From positions 1,091-65,090 of the forward strand of contig JBARBD010000101.1 in assembly GCA_049792675.1 (NCBI GenBank): a DNA stretch of 64,000 bases, read 5' to 3'. The notes below the pieces were generated by a model. It saw only the letters and a list, made by a program, of their open reading frames with translations. It was not told the origin of the DNA and made no database searches. Both the position numbers and the translations under genes were made by a program. The stretch is from Vulcanimicrobiaceae bacterium. Its GTDB lineage: Bacteria > Vulcanimicrobiota > Vulcanimicrobiia > Vulcanimicrobiales > Vulcanimicrobiaceae. Shown here in pieces: positions 39,581 through 49,958 of this stretch (its first letter is position 1; each line of letters starts with the position of its first letter).

Positions 39581-40516
39581 ATGTTCGTTAGGAGAGTGAA
39601 TCTGTTCGTGGGCGCGGCGGCGGCACTTACCGTCGCCGGTTGCGCGGGTAACGCAACGGGCATACCGGGGAACGCGGCGGCCACTGTGGGCGACGTTCGT
39701 CGCGGCTGGATCTCGCCCGCCGCCAAACACGAGAAGCTGCTCTACGTTACCGATTATAACGCGAGCGTCGTCCTCATCTACAAACAGGGCGCTACCGGCG
39801 GCGGTCCGATCGGCGAGATCGTCAACGGCATCTCGAGTCCGCAGGGCGAGGCCGTCGACAAGAACGGAACGCTCTACGTCGCTAACCAAGGGAATGGCAC
39901 CGTCACCGAGTATCCGGCCGGATCGAGCAGCCCGAGCGTGACGCTATCGACCGATATCGTCAAGCCGCTCGACGTCTCGGTCGATTCCAAGAGAATCGTC
40001 TACGTCATCGACAATTCGTCGAACGAGATCCTCGAATTTAAGCCCGGCAGCACTGCACCCGACGCGACGGTAAGCCTCACGCGTCCGAACGTTGCGACCA
40101 ACGTCAAAAACGATGACCTGTACGTCAGCTACAATGCATCGTCGGCGGGACACGTCGCGCGATGCAAACCGCTCGCGACGACCTGTTCGGATCTCGGGAT
40201 CTCGGTGGGACTGGCTCAAGGCGTCGCGGTCGACCTGCACGGCAACCTGCTGGTCGGTGACGTCTACGGTGAGGTGATCGACATCTACAAACCCGGTCAG
40301 ACGTCGCCCTTCACCACGATCCCGGTTACCAACGAACAGCCGTCAAAGCTCGCGCTCGATAAGAAAGATGCGACCCTTTACATGGCCGATCCGGCAAACT
40401 TCGCGGTGGACCTCTATAACTACGCGACCGGCGTTCAAGAGAGCTCGTTTACGTTCGGCTCCGCCGACGAGTTGGAAGGCGTCGCGCTTTCGCCCGGACA
40501 GAAGCCCGCGAAATAG
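39581..40516 (+). CDS. Beta-propeller-like (NHL-type repeat) lipoprotein, paralog family member
   Basis: Lipobox LTVAGC. Repeats LYVANQGNGTVTEY, VYVIDNSSNEILEF, LLVGDVYGEVIDIY, LYMADPANFAVDLY. GAGGAG upstream of the ATG. Confidence 0.7.
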   Translation: MFVRRVNLFVGAAAALTVAGCAGNATGIPGNAAATVGDVRRGWISPAAKHEKLLYVTDYNASVVLIYKQGATGGGPIGEIVNGISSPQGEAVDKNGTLYVANQGNGTVTEYPAGSSSPSVTLSTDIVKPLDVSVDSKRIVYVIDNSSNEILEFKPGSTAPDATVSLTRPNVATNVKNDDLYVSYNASSAGHVARCKPLATTCSDLGISVGLAQGVAVDLHGNLLVGDVYGEVIDIYKPGQTSPFTTIPVTNEQPSKLALDKKDATLYMADPANFAVDLYNYATGVQESSFTFGSADELEGVALSPGQKPAK

Positions 40517-41872
40517 CTACGTCGCGCGCGCCGGAACGAAGCGCGCGAAGCCGCGGGCCGCGATCGCGCCGGCGATAAACGCAAGCGCAGCGGAGGCGAT
40601 CATCGCGCCGCGAAATCCGTAGAGATACGAGGGCGCCGCGGTGACGAGGATCCCGAGCGCTGCGATGCCGATCAGCCCGGCGGTGCGCGCGACCGCGTTG
40701 TTGACGCCCGATGCGACGCCGGAGTGGTCGACGCTGACCGCGTTCATCACGGTGGTCGTCAGCGGGGCGACGAAGAGCGCGCCGCCCAACCCTAGGATGG
40801 TCGCCGCCGGAAAGAAGGTCGTCCAATACGATCCGCCGGTGCCGGGCAGCGCGTACGCTAGGAAGCCGGCTCCCGCCAGGATCGCCCCGAGCACGAGCGG
40901 CGTTCGCGGACCGACGCGCGCGACCAGCCCACCCGACCAGCGCGATGCAACGACCATGATGAAGATGAACGGGAGGAGCGCTGCGCCCGCGGCCGTCGGC
41001 GAGTAGTGGTGGACGTTGATCAGGACGAACGGCACGAAGTAGAGGCTCCCACCGATCGCCATGTAGAGGAAGAACGTGTAGACGTTGGCCACGCTGAAGT
41101 TCCGCGAGGCGAACAGATCGCAGCGAACCATTGGATCGTCGGTGCGTCGTTCGAACGCGACGAAGAGGCCCAGCACCACGAGGCCCGCGACGGCGAGGCC
41201 GATCGGAAGCGCCTCGAGGCGCCCCGAATTCATCCCAATCAAGCCGTAGACGACCAGGCCGAGGCCGAGCGTTGCGAGCGCCGCGCCGATTACGTCAACG
41301 CGCCGATCCGCCGATGCGTCGCGGCTCTCCGCAACGGCGAACGCCAGGATCGCCAAAACGAGGATCGCGATCGGAATGTTGATGAGGAAGACATAGCGCC
41401 AGGAGAAGCTCTGAGTGAGCCAGCCGCCGATGACCGGGCCTAATGCCGCGGTCAGCGCGGAGAAGCCCGACCACAGGCCGATCGCCCGGCCGCGCGCCTC
41501 GCCGCTGTACGCCGCGCTGATTAGCGAGAGGCTTCCGGGCATCGAGAGGGCCCCGCCGATTCCTTGGACGCAGCGCGCAACGATGAGGACCGCGACGTTT
41601 GGGGCCAGCGCGCATCCGAGCGACGCGATCGCGAAGATCGCGATGCCGGCCGCAAAGACGAGGCGGCGTCCGTAGAGATCGCCGAGCGCCCCGCCGGTGA
41701 GGATCAGCGCCGAGAGGAAGAGCGCGTAGCCTTCGATGACCCACTGCGTCTGCGCCGTCGTGGTGTTCAGTTCGCGCTGGAGAACCGGCAGCGAGACGTT
41801 GACCGCGGTGCTATCGATAAAGGTCATCGCCGAACCGAGAATCGCAGCGACCAAGACCCACCTTGCGCTCAC
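40517..41872 (-). CDS. MFS transporter (drug:H+ antiporter-like)
   Basis: 451 aa with many TM segments. Contains LGDLYGRRLVF (MFS motif A-like) and FIDSTAVNVSLP, typical of EmrB/QacA-type transporters. Confidence 0.85.
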   Translation of the reverse strand: MSARWVLVAAILGSAMTFIDSTAVNVSLPVLQRELNTTTAQTQWVIEGYALFLSALILTGGALGDLYGRRLVFAAGIAIFAIASLGCALAPNVAVLIVARCVQGIGGALSMPGSLSLISAAYSGEARGRAIGLWSGFSALTAALGPVIGGWLTQSFSWRYVFLINIPIAILVLAILAFAVAESRDASADRRVDVIGAALATLGLGLVVYGLIGMNSGRLEALPIGLAVAGLVVLGLFVAFERRTDDPMVRCDLFASRNFSVANVYTFFLYMAIGGSLYFVPFVLINVHHYSPTAAGAALLPFIFIMVVASRWSGGLVARVGPRTPLVLGAILAGAGFLAYALPGTGGSYWTTFFPAATILGLGGALFVAPLTTTVMNAVSVDHSGVASGVNNAVARTAGLIGIAALGILVTAAPSYLYGFRGAMIASAALAFIAGAIAARGFARFVPARAT

Positions 41873-41925
41873 GACGGGCCGCGTTCCCTCCGGGGCACCC
41901 AGCTCCTACCGCCGAAGAGTCGCAC

Positions 41926-42861
41926 GTGAGCTCTCTGCTCGACCGGCCACTGCGGGCCGCGATCTTGGCGGCGGCCGGCGCACCGTTCGTGCAGCGAACG
42001 GTCACGCGCTACGGCATGCGCTTGGGCGCCCGGCGGTTCGTCGCCGGCGAGACGTCCGACGAGTTCCTGGCGGTCGCGCAGGACGTTAACGCGCAAGGCT
42101 TCGCGGTTGCAGCAACGCTGCTCGGCGAGAGCGTGCGCGACGCTGCCGAAACGCGCGACGTGACCGGCGAGTACTGCGCGCTGCTGCGGCGCCTGGCGGA
42201 GCGGGGTCTCGACGCGAACGTCGCCTTCAAGCTCACGCACGTCGGACTCGACATCGATCCGGAGCTCGCGTTTCAGAACGCCACGCGCATTGCCGAGGCC
42301 GCGCGCGAACGTGGAAACTCGATCCGGCTCGACATGGAGCAGTCCGGCTACGTGGACCGCACGCTGGCGATCTACCGACGTTTGCGCGAACGCGTCGACG
42401 GCGTCGGGTTCGTGCTGCAGTCGTATCTCTACCGCAGCCGCAGCGATCTGGACGCGCTGCTGCCGCTCGCGCCGAATCTGCGCATTGTCAAGGGCGCGTA
42501 CCTCGAGCCGGTCTCGGTCGCCTACCCCAAGAAGAGCGACGTCGATCGCAGCTATCTCGAGCTCGCCGAGACGGCGTTGACGCACGCCGGCTACACCGCG
42601 ATCGCGACCCACGATCCGGCGATCGTCGAACGCGTGGCGCAGTTTGCGGCCGCGCGAGGATTGCCGAAGCGGGGCCGGTTCGAGTTTCAGATGCTCTACG
42701 GCATCGCGACCCCGCTCGCGCGCCGCCTGGTCGAACGCGGGTACCGCGTGCGGCTCGCCGTCCCGTTCGGCGCGTACTGGTTTCCATACCTGATGCGCCG
42801 CTTGGCGGAGAGGCCGGCGAACGTCGCCTTTTTCGTCAAGGGAGCGTTGGCCCGGCGATGA
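41926..42861 (+). CDS. Proline dehydrogenase (monofunctional PRODH)
   Basis: NVAFKLTHVGLD, IRLDMEQS, LRIVKGAY, AIATHD, FQMLYGI. GTG 41926. Confidence 0.85.
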   Translation: MSSLLDRPLRAAILAAAGAPFVQRTVTRYGMRLGARRFVAGETSDEFLAVAQDVNAQGFAVAATLLGESVRDAAETRDVTGEYCALLRRLAERGLDANVAFKLTHVGLDIDPELAFQNATRIAEAARERGNSIRLDMEQSGYVDRTLAIYRRLRERVDGVGFVLQSYLYRSRSDLDALLPLAPNLRIVKGAYLEPVSVAYPKKSDVDRSYLELAETALTHAGYTAIATHDPAIVERVAQFAAARGLPKRGRFEFQMLYGIATPLARRLVERGYRVRLAVPFGAYWFPYLMRRLAERPANVAFFVKGALARR

Positions 42862-43736
42862 TCGCCGGCATTTGGGCGGCCGTCTTGACGCCGGTCGACG
42901 AAGAGCTCGCCCCCGACGCGCCACGCGCGATCGCGTATTATCGCGACGTGCTCGCGGCCGGCTGCGACGGCATCAACCTGCTCGGCACGACCGGTGAAGC
43001 GATGTCGTTGAGCGCCGACCGGCGCTTGGCGTTCATGGAGGCGGTCGCCTCGAGCGATCTTCCGATCGATCGCGTCATGGTCGGAACCGGTGCGGCCTCG
43101 CTCGGCGACGCGGCACGCTTGACGCATTGCGCCTTCGAGTGCGGTTTTGCCGCAGCGCTCGTGATGCCGCCGTTCTTCTACCGCGATGCCTCCGACGACG
43201 GGATCGTCGCCTTCTTCGATGCGTTGCTCTCGCGCGTCGCCGCGCAGCCCAAGCACATCCTGCTCTACAACTTCCCAAAGATGAGCGGGGTCGCGTTCGC
43301 TCCCGATCTCGTCGACCGTTTGATCGAAGCCTTTCCCGGGGTCATCGCCGGGATGAAGGACAGTTCCAACGACGCGCGTCTCCAGAGCGAGGTCCTGACG
43401 CGTCATCCCGGGCTCGCCGTGCTGCCCGGTTCGGAGGCGGATTTGCGCGAAGCCGCGGCTCGCGGCGCCGTCGGGTGTATCTCGGGGAGCGTCGCGCTCT
43501 GGCCGCGGCTCGCCGGCAAGGTTTTCGCAGGGCGCGATCGCCACGAAGCCGACCTGCTCCGCCGTCGGCGCGTTGCCCTCGACATCGCGCCGCTCATCCC
43601 CGCGATGCGCTACCTCACCGCGTGCCTGCGCGAAGAGCCGGCTTGGGAGCGGCCGATTCCGCCGCTCGGCCCGCTGAGCGCGAAGCAACGCAGCGCGATC
43701 GACTCCGCGATCGAGCCCTTCGGTCTGGGGGTTTAG
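42858..43736 (+). CDS. Dihydrodipicolinate synthase/N-acetylneuraminate lyase family (class I aldolase) protein
   Basis: GINLLGTTGEAMSLS and GMKDSS (Schiff-base Lys context). The start overlaps the PRODH stop (ATGA). Specific activity not assignable. Confidence 0.8.
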   Translation: MIAGIWAAVLTPVDEELAPDAPRAIAYYRDVLAAGCDGINLLGTTGEAMSLSADRRLAFMEAVASSDLPIDRVMVGTGAASLGDAARLTHCAFECGFAAALVMPPFFYRDASDDGIVAFFDALLSRVAAQPKHILLYNFPKMSGVAFAPDLVDRLIEAFPGVIAGMKDSSNDARLQSEVLTRHPGLAVLPGSEADLREAAARGAVGCISGSVALWPRLAGKVFAGRDRHEADLLRRRRVALDIAPLIPAMRYLTACLREEPAWERPIPPLGPLSAKQRSAIDSAIEPFGLGV

Positions 43737-43762
43737 CGAGAGCCGGGAGATAACGTACCGCC

Positions 43763-45190
43763 ATGCCTCTTCACCGCTCGCGAAACGGAAACGCTTCGCT
43801 CGACTCCGATACGTACGCGACCCGCGCAATGGACGCCGCGATTCCCAAGCACCGCGTGCCGGCCGAAGGTCTTCGCCCCGACGTCGCGCTGCAGCTCGTC
43901 GAGGACGAGCTGATGCTCGACGGCAACGCGCGCCAGAACCTGGCGACGTTCTGTCAGACGTGGTTCGACGACGGCGTTCGCAAGCTGATGGACCTCAGTC
44001 TCGATAAGAACATGATCGACAGGGACGAGTATCCCGCGACGGCCGAGATCGAACGCCGCTGCGTCACCTTGCTGGCGGGACTATGGAACTCACCGGCGGC
44101 TTCGACGACGATCGGGTGCTCGACGACCGGTTCGAGCGAAGCGGCGATGCTGGGAGGCCTCGCCCTCAAATGGAAATGGCGGGAGCGCCAAGCCCGGCTC
44201 GGCAGACCCGCCGATAAGCCGAATCTCGTCACCGGTCCGGTGCAGGTCTGCTGGCACAAGTTCGCGCGCTACTTCGACGTCGAGCTGCGCGAGATCCCGG
44301 TCGAACGCGACCGCCTCGGCATGACGCCCGACGAAGTGCTCAAGCGCGTCGACGAGAATACGATCGGCGTAATACCGACCTTCGGCGTCACCTTCACCTG
44401 TCAGTACGAGCCCGTCGCCGCGATCGCCGAAGCGCTCGACAATCTCCAGCGCGAAACTGGGCTCGACGTTCCCATCCACGTCGACGCCGCATCGGGCGGG
44501 TTCATCGCGCCGTTCGTGCGCCCGGATATCCTCTGGGATTTTCGCTTGCCGCGCGTTCGGTCGATCAACGCGTCCGGTCACAAATTTGGATTGGCCCCGC
44601 TCGGCGTCGGATGGGCGATCTGGCGCGAAGCCCACGACCTGCCCGAAGGCCTGATCTTCCACGTCAATTATCTCGGCGGCGATATGCCGACGTTCGCGCT
44701 GAACTTTTCCCGGCCGGGAGGCCAGGTCATCTGTCAGTACTACTTGATGCTGCGCCTCGGTATGGAGGGATACCGGCGCATCCATCAGGGATGCTATGAC
44801 GTCGCGCAGCATATCGGCCGCCGAATCGCCTCGCTCGGACCGTTCGAACTCCTCTTTGACGGCGAGAGCGGCGGCGGCATTCCGGCGGTATCGTGGACGA
44901 TCCGTGCCGGCGCCGATCCGGGGTACTCCCTCTTCGACCTCTCCGATCGGCTGCGCGCTCGCGGCTGGCAAGTCGCGGCCTATTCGATGATTCCCAACCT
45001 TGCCGATATGGCCGTCATGCGCGTGCTCGTCCGCCACGGCTTCAGCCTCGACTTGGCGGATTCGCTGCTCGCCGACGTCGACCGCTCGCTACAGTATTTC
45101 GAGGCGCACCCAGTTTCGAGCCCGCTGACGGCCGCCGAAGGTGCGTCGCACGATCACCACGCGCGTTCGAAGACGGCGGCTCGCGTCTAG
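43763..45190 (+). CDS. gad: Glutamate decarboxylase (PLP-dependent)
   Basis: [23 protein letters not shown], and [18 protein letters not shown] (PLP-Lys). Confidence 0.88.
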   Translation: MPLHRSRNGNASLDSDTYATRAMDAAIPKHRVPAEGLRPDVALQLVEDELMLDGNARQNLATFCQTWFDDGVRKLMDLSLDKNMIDRDEYPATAEIERRCVTLLAGLWNSPAASTTIGCSTTGSSEAAMLGGLALKWKWRERQARLGRPADKPNLVTGPVQVCWHKFARYFDVELREIPVERDRLGMTPDEVLKRVDENTIGVIPTFGVTFTCQYEPVAAIAEALDNLQRETGLDVPIHVDAASGGFIAPFVRPDILWDFRLPRVRSINASGHKFGLAPLGVGWAIWREAHDLPEGLIFHVNYLGGDMPTFALNFSRPGGQVICQYYLMLRLGMEGYRRIHQGCYDVAQHIGRRIASLGPFELLFDGESGGGIPAVSWTIRAGADPGYSLFDLSDRLRARGWQVAAYSMIPNLADMAVMRVLVRHGFSLDLADSLLADVDRSLQYFEAHPVSSPLTAAEGASHDHHARSKTAARV

Positions 45191-45217
45191 CACCTGCGCG
45201 ATCGCGGCGAGAGCGTT

Positions 45218-46660
45218 TTAGTGCAGCGAGTACGCCGTTAACTGACCGCTTTCGTCGGAACAGTAGACCGAGCCATTGACGACGATCGGGCTCTCCCAGT
45301 GAATCCGCCCGATCGTTTTGCCGGCGCTCGTCATCGCGCTGCTCCATAGCTCGGTTCCATTGATGGCGTTCAGCGCGACGATCGCGCCGTTGAACGCGAC
45401 GAAGACGATGCCATTGGCGACGACGGGCGAGCTGCCCTCACCCGAGCTGGAGCCCGCACCGTTCTGCCAAACGCCGACGAGCTGGCTGACGCCTTGCCCG
45501 TTGGTCTGGAGGCGATAGGCCTGCACGTCCTTCGGAAATCCCATGAATATCCAGGCATTGTTCGATCCATCGGTCCATACCGCGGGCGTCGAGAACAATC
45601 CGGTCGGCAGCGAGACCATCTGCAGCTCGCCGCCGACACCGGGAAGCGCCGCGCGGTCGAGCAGCTTCAGGATCGCATCCTTACCGCCTTGCACGAGCAT
45701 CAGCGGGGTACTGCTCGACGGTTGTGCCGGTAAGAGCGTCGCCGACGTGCTTCCCAGGTCGGTATCGTCGTCTTGCAGCTGCTGGTAGTTCGTGGGCGTG
45801 TAGCTCCCGAGCAGGCTCGAGAGATCCGAGCCGATCGCAAGGACGCTATCGCCGTAGTCGGTGCCCCCCGAGTTCGCGTCGAACTTGCCGTTGCCGGTCA
45901 CGGCATAGACGCGGCCGTTCATCGACGGATCGGGATCCACGACGACGCCACCGCGGGCCCAAATCCCGGAGCGCTGCTCCGAGCACGAATACGGCGTCGG
46001 GAGCTTGTGGTACTGGCTGCAGAGGGAGTTGAAGACGGTGCGCTTCCCGGTGGCCAGCGATACGGCCACGACGTGCCCGTCGTACGGCGGAGCGTCGCCG
46101 CTATATCCCGAGGTGGCGGCGTAGAGGTAGCCGTTGGCGACGTTGAGCGGCGAGGCGTCCTTCTCGCTCGACGACATGCGCGTTATGCGTGCCGGAAAGC
46201 CTCGCGCCCGCAGATCGCGGCCCCTCGAGGCCGAGAGCTTGTGAACCCTTCCATCGACACCCGGCACGTAGATCTGCTTACCCGACGGATCGGCGGCGGG
46301 CGTCGAGTCGGTGATGTTCGGTCCGGTCGTCGCAAATTGCCAGAGGATCTTCCCGGAAGAAGCTTCGATCGCGAACGTCACGCCGCTTTTGGTCGTTTGA
46401 AAGAGCACCGCGCGATAGCCGCGACCGACTCGCACGTGATCGAGGAGAATCGGCGTCGAATCGGCGACCGCACCGAGCGAGATCTGCCATCGCGCGTGAA
46501 GGCGATGCACGTTCGAGACGTTGAGGGTATGCTCTGCGCTGTTGAAACCGCTGCGCGCCGGATCGTAGCCGAAGACCGGCCAATCGTCGGCGTTTGCGGG
46601 TGCGAGCGTCGCAAAGATGAGGCCGGCGACGACGGCCAAGATCGGGATCACTCGGGTCAT
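45218..46660 (-). CDS. Secreted PQQ-like/BamB-like beta-propeller repeat protein
   Basis: Signal MTRVIPILAVVAGLIFATLAPANA, then DWPVFGYDPARSGF and repeated propeller blades (YAVTGNG, VVANGIVFVA, ALNAINGTELWS). ATG 46660. Confidence 0.7.
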   Translation of the reverse strand: MTRVIPILAVVAGLIFATLAPANADDWPVFGYDPARSGFNSAEHTLNVSNVHRLHARWQISLGAVADSTPILLDHVRVGRGYRAVLFQTTKSGVTFAIEASSGKILWQFATTGPNITDSTPAADPSGKQIYVPGVDGRVHKLSASRGRDLRARGFPARITRMSSSEKDASPLNVANGYLYAATSGYSGDAPPYDGHVVAVSLATGKRTVFNSLCSQYHKLPTPYSCSEQRSGIWARGGVVVDPDPSMNGRVYAVTGNGKFDANSGGTDYGDSVLAIGSDLSSLLGSYTPTNYQQLQDDDTDLGSTSATLLPAQPSSSTPLMLVQGGKDAILKLLDRAALPGVGGELQMVSLPTGLFSTPAVWTDGSNNAWIFMGFPKDVQAYRLQTNGQGVSQLVGVWQNGAGSSSGEGSSPVVANGIVFVAFNGAIVALNAINGTELWSSAMTSAGKTIGRIHWESPIVVNGSVYCSDESGQLTAYSLH

Positions 46661-46738
46661 CTTCGGTAGGTTGGACGCCTCGCAGCAAACGCCTGGCCGG
46701 TCGTAGGACTTCGGTCGAAGGACCGTCAAGGTTCGAGC

Positions 46739-47560
46739 ATGGCCGATCCGAGCAACGCGTCCGATCCGACGCCGCCGGTGCAAGACGTCGTGGTCGACGT
46801 TCCGGGTTGGCAGCAGGTCCGGCCCCGCATCCCCGACACGCAACAGCGGCGCTCGCTGGAAAAACGGCGCAGCATTCGCGAGATCGTCTTCGGCATGCAG
46901 GACGGCATCCTCACGACGCTGGGAATCATTACCGGAGTGGGCGTTGCCGAGGGCGATCGATCGGCCGTCTTCATCAGCGGCTTCCTCGCGCTGCTTGCAG
47001 GCGCGCTCTCGATGGGAGTCGGCGAGTATCTCGGCCGCAAGGCGGAGCGCGAGGTGGTTCAAGCGACGATCGACTTGGAGAAGCGCGAGATGGAGGACGA
47101 TCCGCAAGGCGAGTTCGCCGAGCAGGTCGCGTATTACAAGCTCAAGGGCTTCAGCGCCGAGGAAGCCGAGATGATCGTTCGGCGCCTAACGCAGCATCCG
47201 GACATCTACCTCTACGAGATGGTGCGCGACGAGTTTGGGATCGATCCGCGTGAGGCCGAGGACGCCGGGCTGCGCGCTCCGCTGGCGATGAGCGTCTCGT
47301 TTGCGGTGGGTTCGCTCATCCCGATTCTCGCCTTCATGCTCCCGCTCACGATGCCGGTCTCAACGCTCGCCTCGCTGCTCTTCGCGCTAGTGGGCCTCTT
47401 CAGCGTCGGTTTTTACGCCGGAACGCTGAGCGAGCGCAGCGCGATCGGCAAAGGCGTGGAGGTCGCGCTCTACGGATGCGCCGTCTTCGCGCTCTCCTAT
47501 CTCGTCGGCCACTTCATCCCGCCGCTCTTCGGTCACGCTCCGGTCGCGGTCGGCGGCTAG
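46739..47560 (+). CDS. VIT1/CCC1-family Fe/Mn transporter
   Basis: EIVFGMQDGILTTLGIITGV, SMGVGEYL, a cytoplasmic acidic helix region, and C-terminal TM segments. Confidence 0.8.
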   Translation: MADPSNASDPTPPVQDVVVDVPGWQQVRPRIPDTQQRRSLEKRRSIREIVFGMQDGILTTLGIITGVGVAEGDRSAVFISGFLALLAGALSMGVGEYLGRKAEREVVQATIDLEKREMEDDPQGEFAEQVAYYKLKGFSAEEAEMIVRRLTQHPDIYLYEMVRDEFGIDPREAEDAGLRAPLAMSVSFAVGSLIPILAFMLPLTMPVSTLASLLFALVGLFSVGFYAGTLSERSAIGKGVEVALYGCAVFALSYLVGHFIPPLFGHAPVAVGG

Positions 47561-47573
47561 TGGCCTCTCACTC

Positions 47574-48692
47574 ATGCTCGTCACGCTCGGCCACGCGCTG
47601 ATCGCGGGCATCGCGCAGGCGGCCGGCTTCCTTTGGGATAGCCTCTTTGGTTTGATCTTCGGCTTCTTGGTCTCGGCGATGGTCCAGGTCGTGCTGACGC
47701 CTGGCGCGATGCATCGCTACTTGGGACCGGGTTTCAAAGGGATCCTCTACGGTGCCGGGTTCGGGATCATCTCCTCGGCGTGCTCGTACGGAGCGGCGGC
47801 GGCGGCGCGCGGATTCTATCGCAGCGGCGCCGACGCGCGATCGGTCTTCGCTTTCCTGATCTCTTCGACCAACATGAACCTGGCGATCGTTATCCTCTTC
47901 TGGTCGTTGCTCGGCTGGCGATTCGCGTTCGCCGAATTTTTCGGCGGGGTCATCATCATTGCGGTCGTTACGCTCGGATTCACGCTCCTCTTCCGCCCGG
48001 GCGAGCTGGATCGGCTGCAGCGCGATGCCCGTGACGCCGCGGCGGCGACCGACGAACCGGAAGCGAGTTGCCACCACCACGAGGAGGCCGAGGCCGGGCT
48101 ACGCGGTTGGGGGGCCCTGCGCTCCGCGCAGACGTGGTCCGCGGTTGCCGCGACCGCCCTCGCCGACGTCCGAATGTTGAGAACCGAACTCATCGTCGGT
48201 TATCTGATCGCCGGCTTCGCCGCTGCGCTCGTTCCGACGCAGTGGCTCGCAGACGCGCTGCACGCCGTCGGTGCGATCCCGTACGTCGGGTACGTGCTCC
48301 TGCTCGCCGTCGGACTGCTGATCGCGGTCGCGACCTTCGTCTGCTCCATGGGGAACGTTCCGGTCGCTCGTTTTTTGGCCGATGCGGGCATCCCGCTCGG
48401 CGCAAATACAACGTTCATCTACGGCGACCTTTTGATTCTTCCGTTGATCGCGATCTACCGCAAATCGTTCCCGCCGCGCGTCACCTGGACGTTCGTCGCG
48501 CTCTTTACTGCCGGCGCGATGATCGCCGGCGCGATCATGGAGCGCGTGATCGGAAACGAGCTCGGCGGCGTCTCGATGGGCTCGATGGTGCTCAACGACC
48601 GCTTTACGCTCGTCTCGAATTTGCTGGCGCTGGCAGCCGTCGCGGCGATTGCAATCGTTGCGATGCCTCGCCGGCGTACGCACCGGTTTTAA
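47574..48692 (+). CDS. Predicted permease (ArsP/DUF318-like) with a His-rich loop
   Basis: Two homologous halves with SSACSYGAAAAARGF and VCSMGNVPVARFL. The central loop is EPEASCHHHEEAEAG. Confidence 0.65.
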   Translation: MLVTLGHALIAGIAQAAGFLWDSLFGLIFGFLVSAMVQVVLTPGAMHRYLGPGFKGILYGAGFGIISSACSYGAAAAARGFYRSGADARSVFAFLISSTNMNLAIVILFWSLLGWRFAFAEFFGGVIIIAVVTLGFTLLFRPGELDRLQRDARDAAAATDEPEASCHHHEEAEAGLRGWGALRSAQTWSAVAATALADVRMLRTELIVGYLIAGFAAALVPTQWLADALHAVGAIPYVGYVLLLAVGLLIAVATFVCSMGNVPVARFLADAGIPLGANTTFIYGDLLILPLIAIYRKSFPPRVTWTFVALFTAGAMIAGAIMERVIGNELGGVSMGSMVLNDRFTLVSNLLALAAVAAIAIVAMPRRRTHRF

Positions 48693-48788
48693 ATTTCAGA
48701 CTTTCTTCATCTCTTACTTCAGAGTTTTTTCACCCCAAAGCCGTAGCGTCTCAGAAACTACTAACACTTTAGCTGACTGAGGTGCTCG

Positions 48789-49931
48789 ATGTTCAACACA
48801 CGAATACGGTCCGCGGGCCTTACCGCGGCCGCGATAGCCGCCACGCTGGTTGTCGCCGGCTGCAATGGCGCGGGCCAGAATATGTCGCCGGTCGCCTCGC
48901 AGGCCGCGCGCGCCCAGAACGACGGCTCGAGCGCGGATCGCTCGCCGGACGTCTCGCTTTTGAAGATGCTGACCAAGCAGGTCGTCATCGGATCGACCGT
49001 CGATCCGGTCAACGGCGGGCAGAACCCCTACGGTTTGACGATCGCTCCGATTAGCTCGGGAGCCTTTACCGCCGGCGACCTGGTGGTCTGCAACTTCAAC
49101 GGGAAATCGAACGTGCAGGGCACCGGCAAATCGCTCGTCGCGCTTCACCCCGTTCCGAACTCGACCCCGACCCACGTCTCGTCCGACAAGACGCTGACCG
49201 GCTGCGACGCGCTGGCGCTTGGAAACGACGACACGATCTGGGCCGCCGCGATGGTTGCGAACGACAACCCGGTGATCGATCCGGGCGGTAAACTTCTAAC
49301 CAACATTTCCGGCAAGCCGTTAAGTCAGCCGTGGGGACAAATCTACGCGGAGCCGGCCTCGAGCGTGCCTGCGTTCTACGAGACGAACGCCGGGACCGGC
49401 ACCGTCGTCCGCATCAATCTCGGTGCGACCTTCACCTTCGACGTGATCGGCAAAGGCTTTCCGGTGAACCATGGAAAGCCCGGCACGGCGCTCGCTCCCT
49501 CGGGCCTCGCCTACGATGCGAGCGTAGATACGCTCTACTTCGCGGACGGGCAAAACGATACGGTCATTGCGTTCAAGAACGTCTCGACGATTCCAAACGG
49601 CGGCATCAAGGCGGTTGACCACGGTATGAAGTTCACCGGGCCGTCGGCGGCCGACGCGCGCATCGTCTTTGCGGGCGCGCCGCTCAACGGTCCGATCAGC
49701 ACCGCGCTGCTGCCCAACGGCAATCTGGTCGTCGGTAACACGCTGGATGCCGACGGCAAGAACTTATTGATCGAGATCTCGGCCGCCGGCAAGCTGCTCG
49801 ACGTGCGCAACGTCGACAAGGGCGCGGCGGGAGCGCTCTTCGGCATCGTAGCCTCCGGCACGAAGAACTCCAATACGAAAATCTACTTCGACGACGACAA
49901 CGACAACAACGTGCAGGTGCTCGAACGATAG
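48789..49931 (+). CDS. Lipoprotein of unknown function (beta-propeller-like)
   Basis: Lipobox LVVAGC. Repeat-like LYFADGQNDTVIAF and LVVGNTLDADGKNLLIEI. Preceded by an AT-rich 96-nt spacer. Confidence 0.65.
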   Translation: MFNTRIRSAGLTAAAIAATLVVAGCNGAGQNMSPVASQAARAQNDGSSADRSPDVSLLKMLTKQVVIGSTVDPVNGGQNPYGLTIAPISSGAFTAGDLVVCNFNGKSNVQGTGKSLVALHPVPNSTPTHVSSDKTLTGCDALALGNDDTIWAAAMVANDNPVIDPGGKLLTNISGKPLSQPWGQIYAEPASSVPAFYETNAGTGTVVRINLGATFTFDVIGKGFPVNHGKPGTALAPSGLAYDASVDTLYFADGQNDTVIAFKNVSTIPNGGIKAVDHGMKFTGPSAADARIVFAGAPLNGPISTALLPNGNLVVGNTLDADGKNLLIEISAAGKLLDVRNVDKGAAGALFGIVASGTKNSNTKIYFDDDNDNNVQVLER

Positions 49932-49958
49932 CACCCCCTCCGTAGCGGGAAGGGCGAC

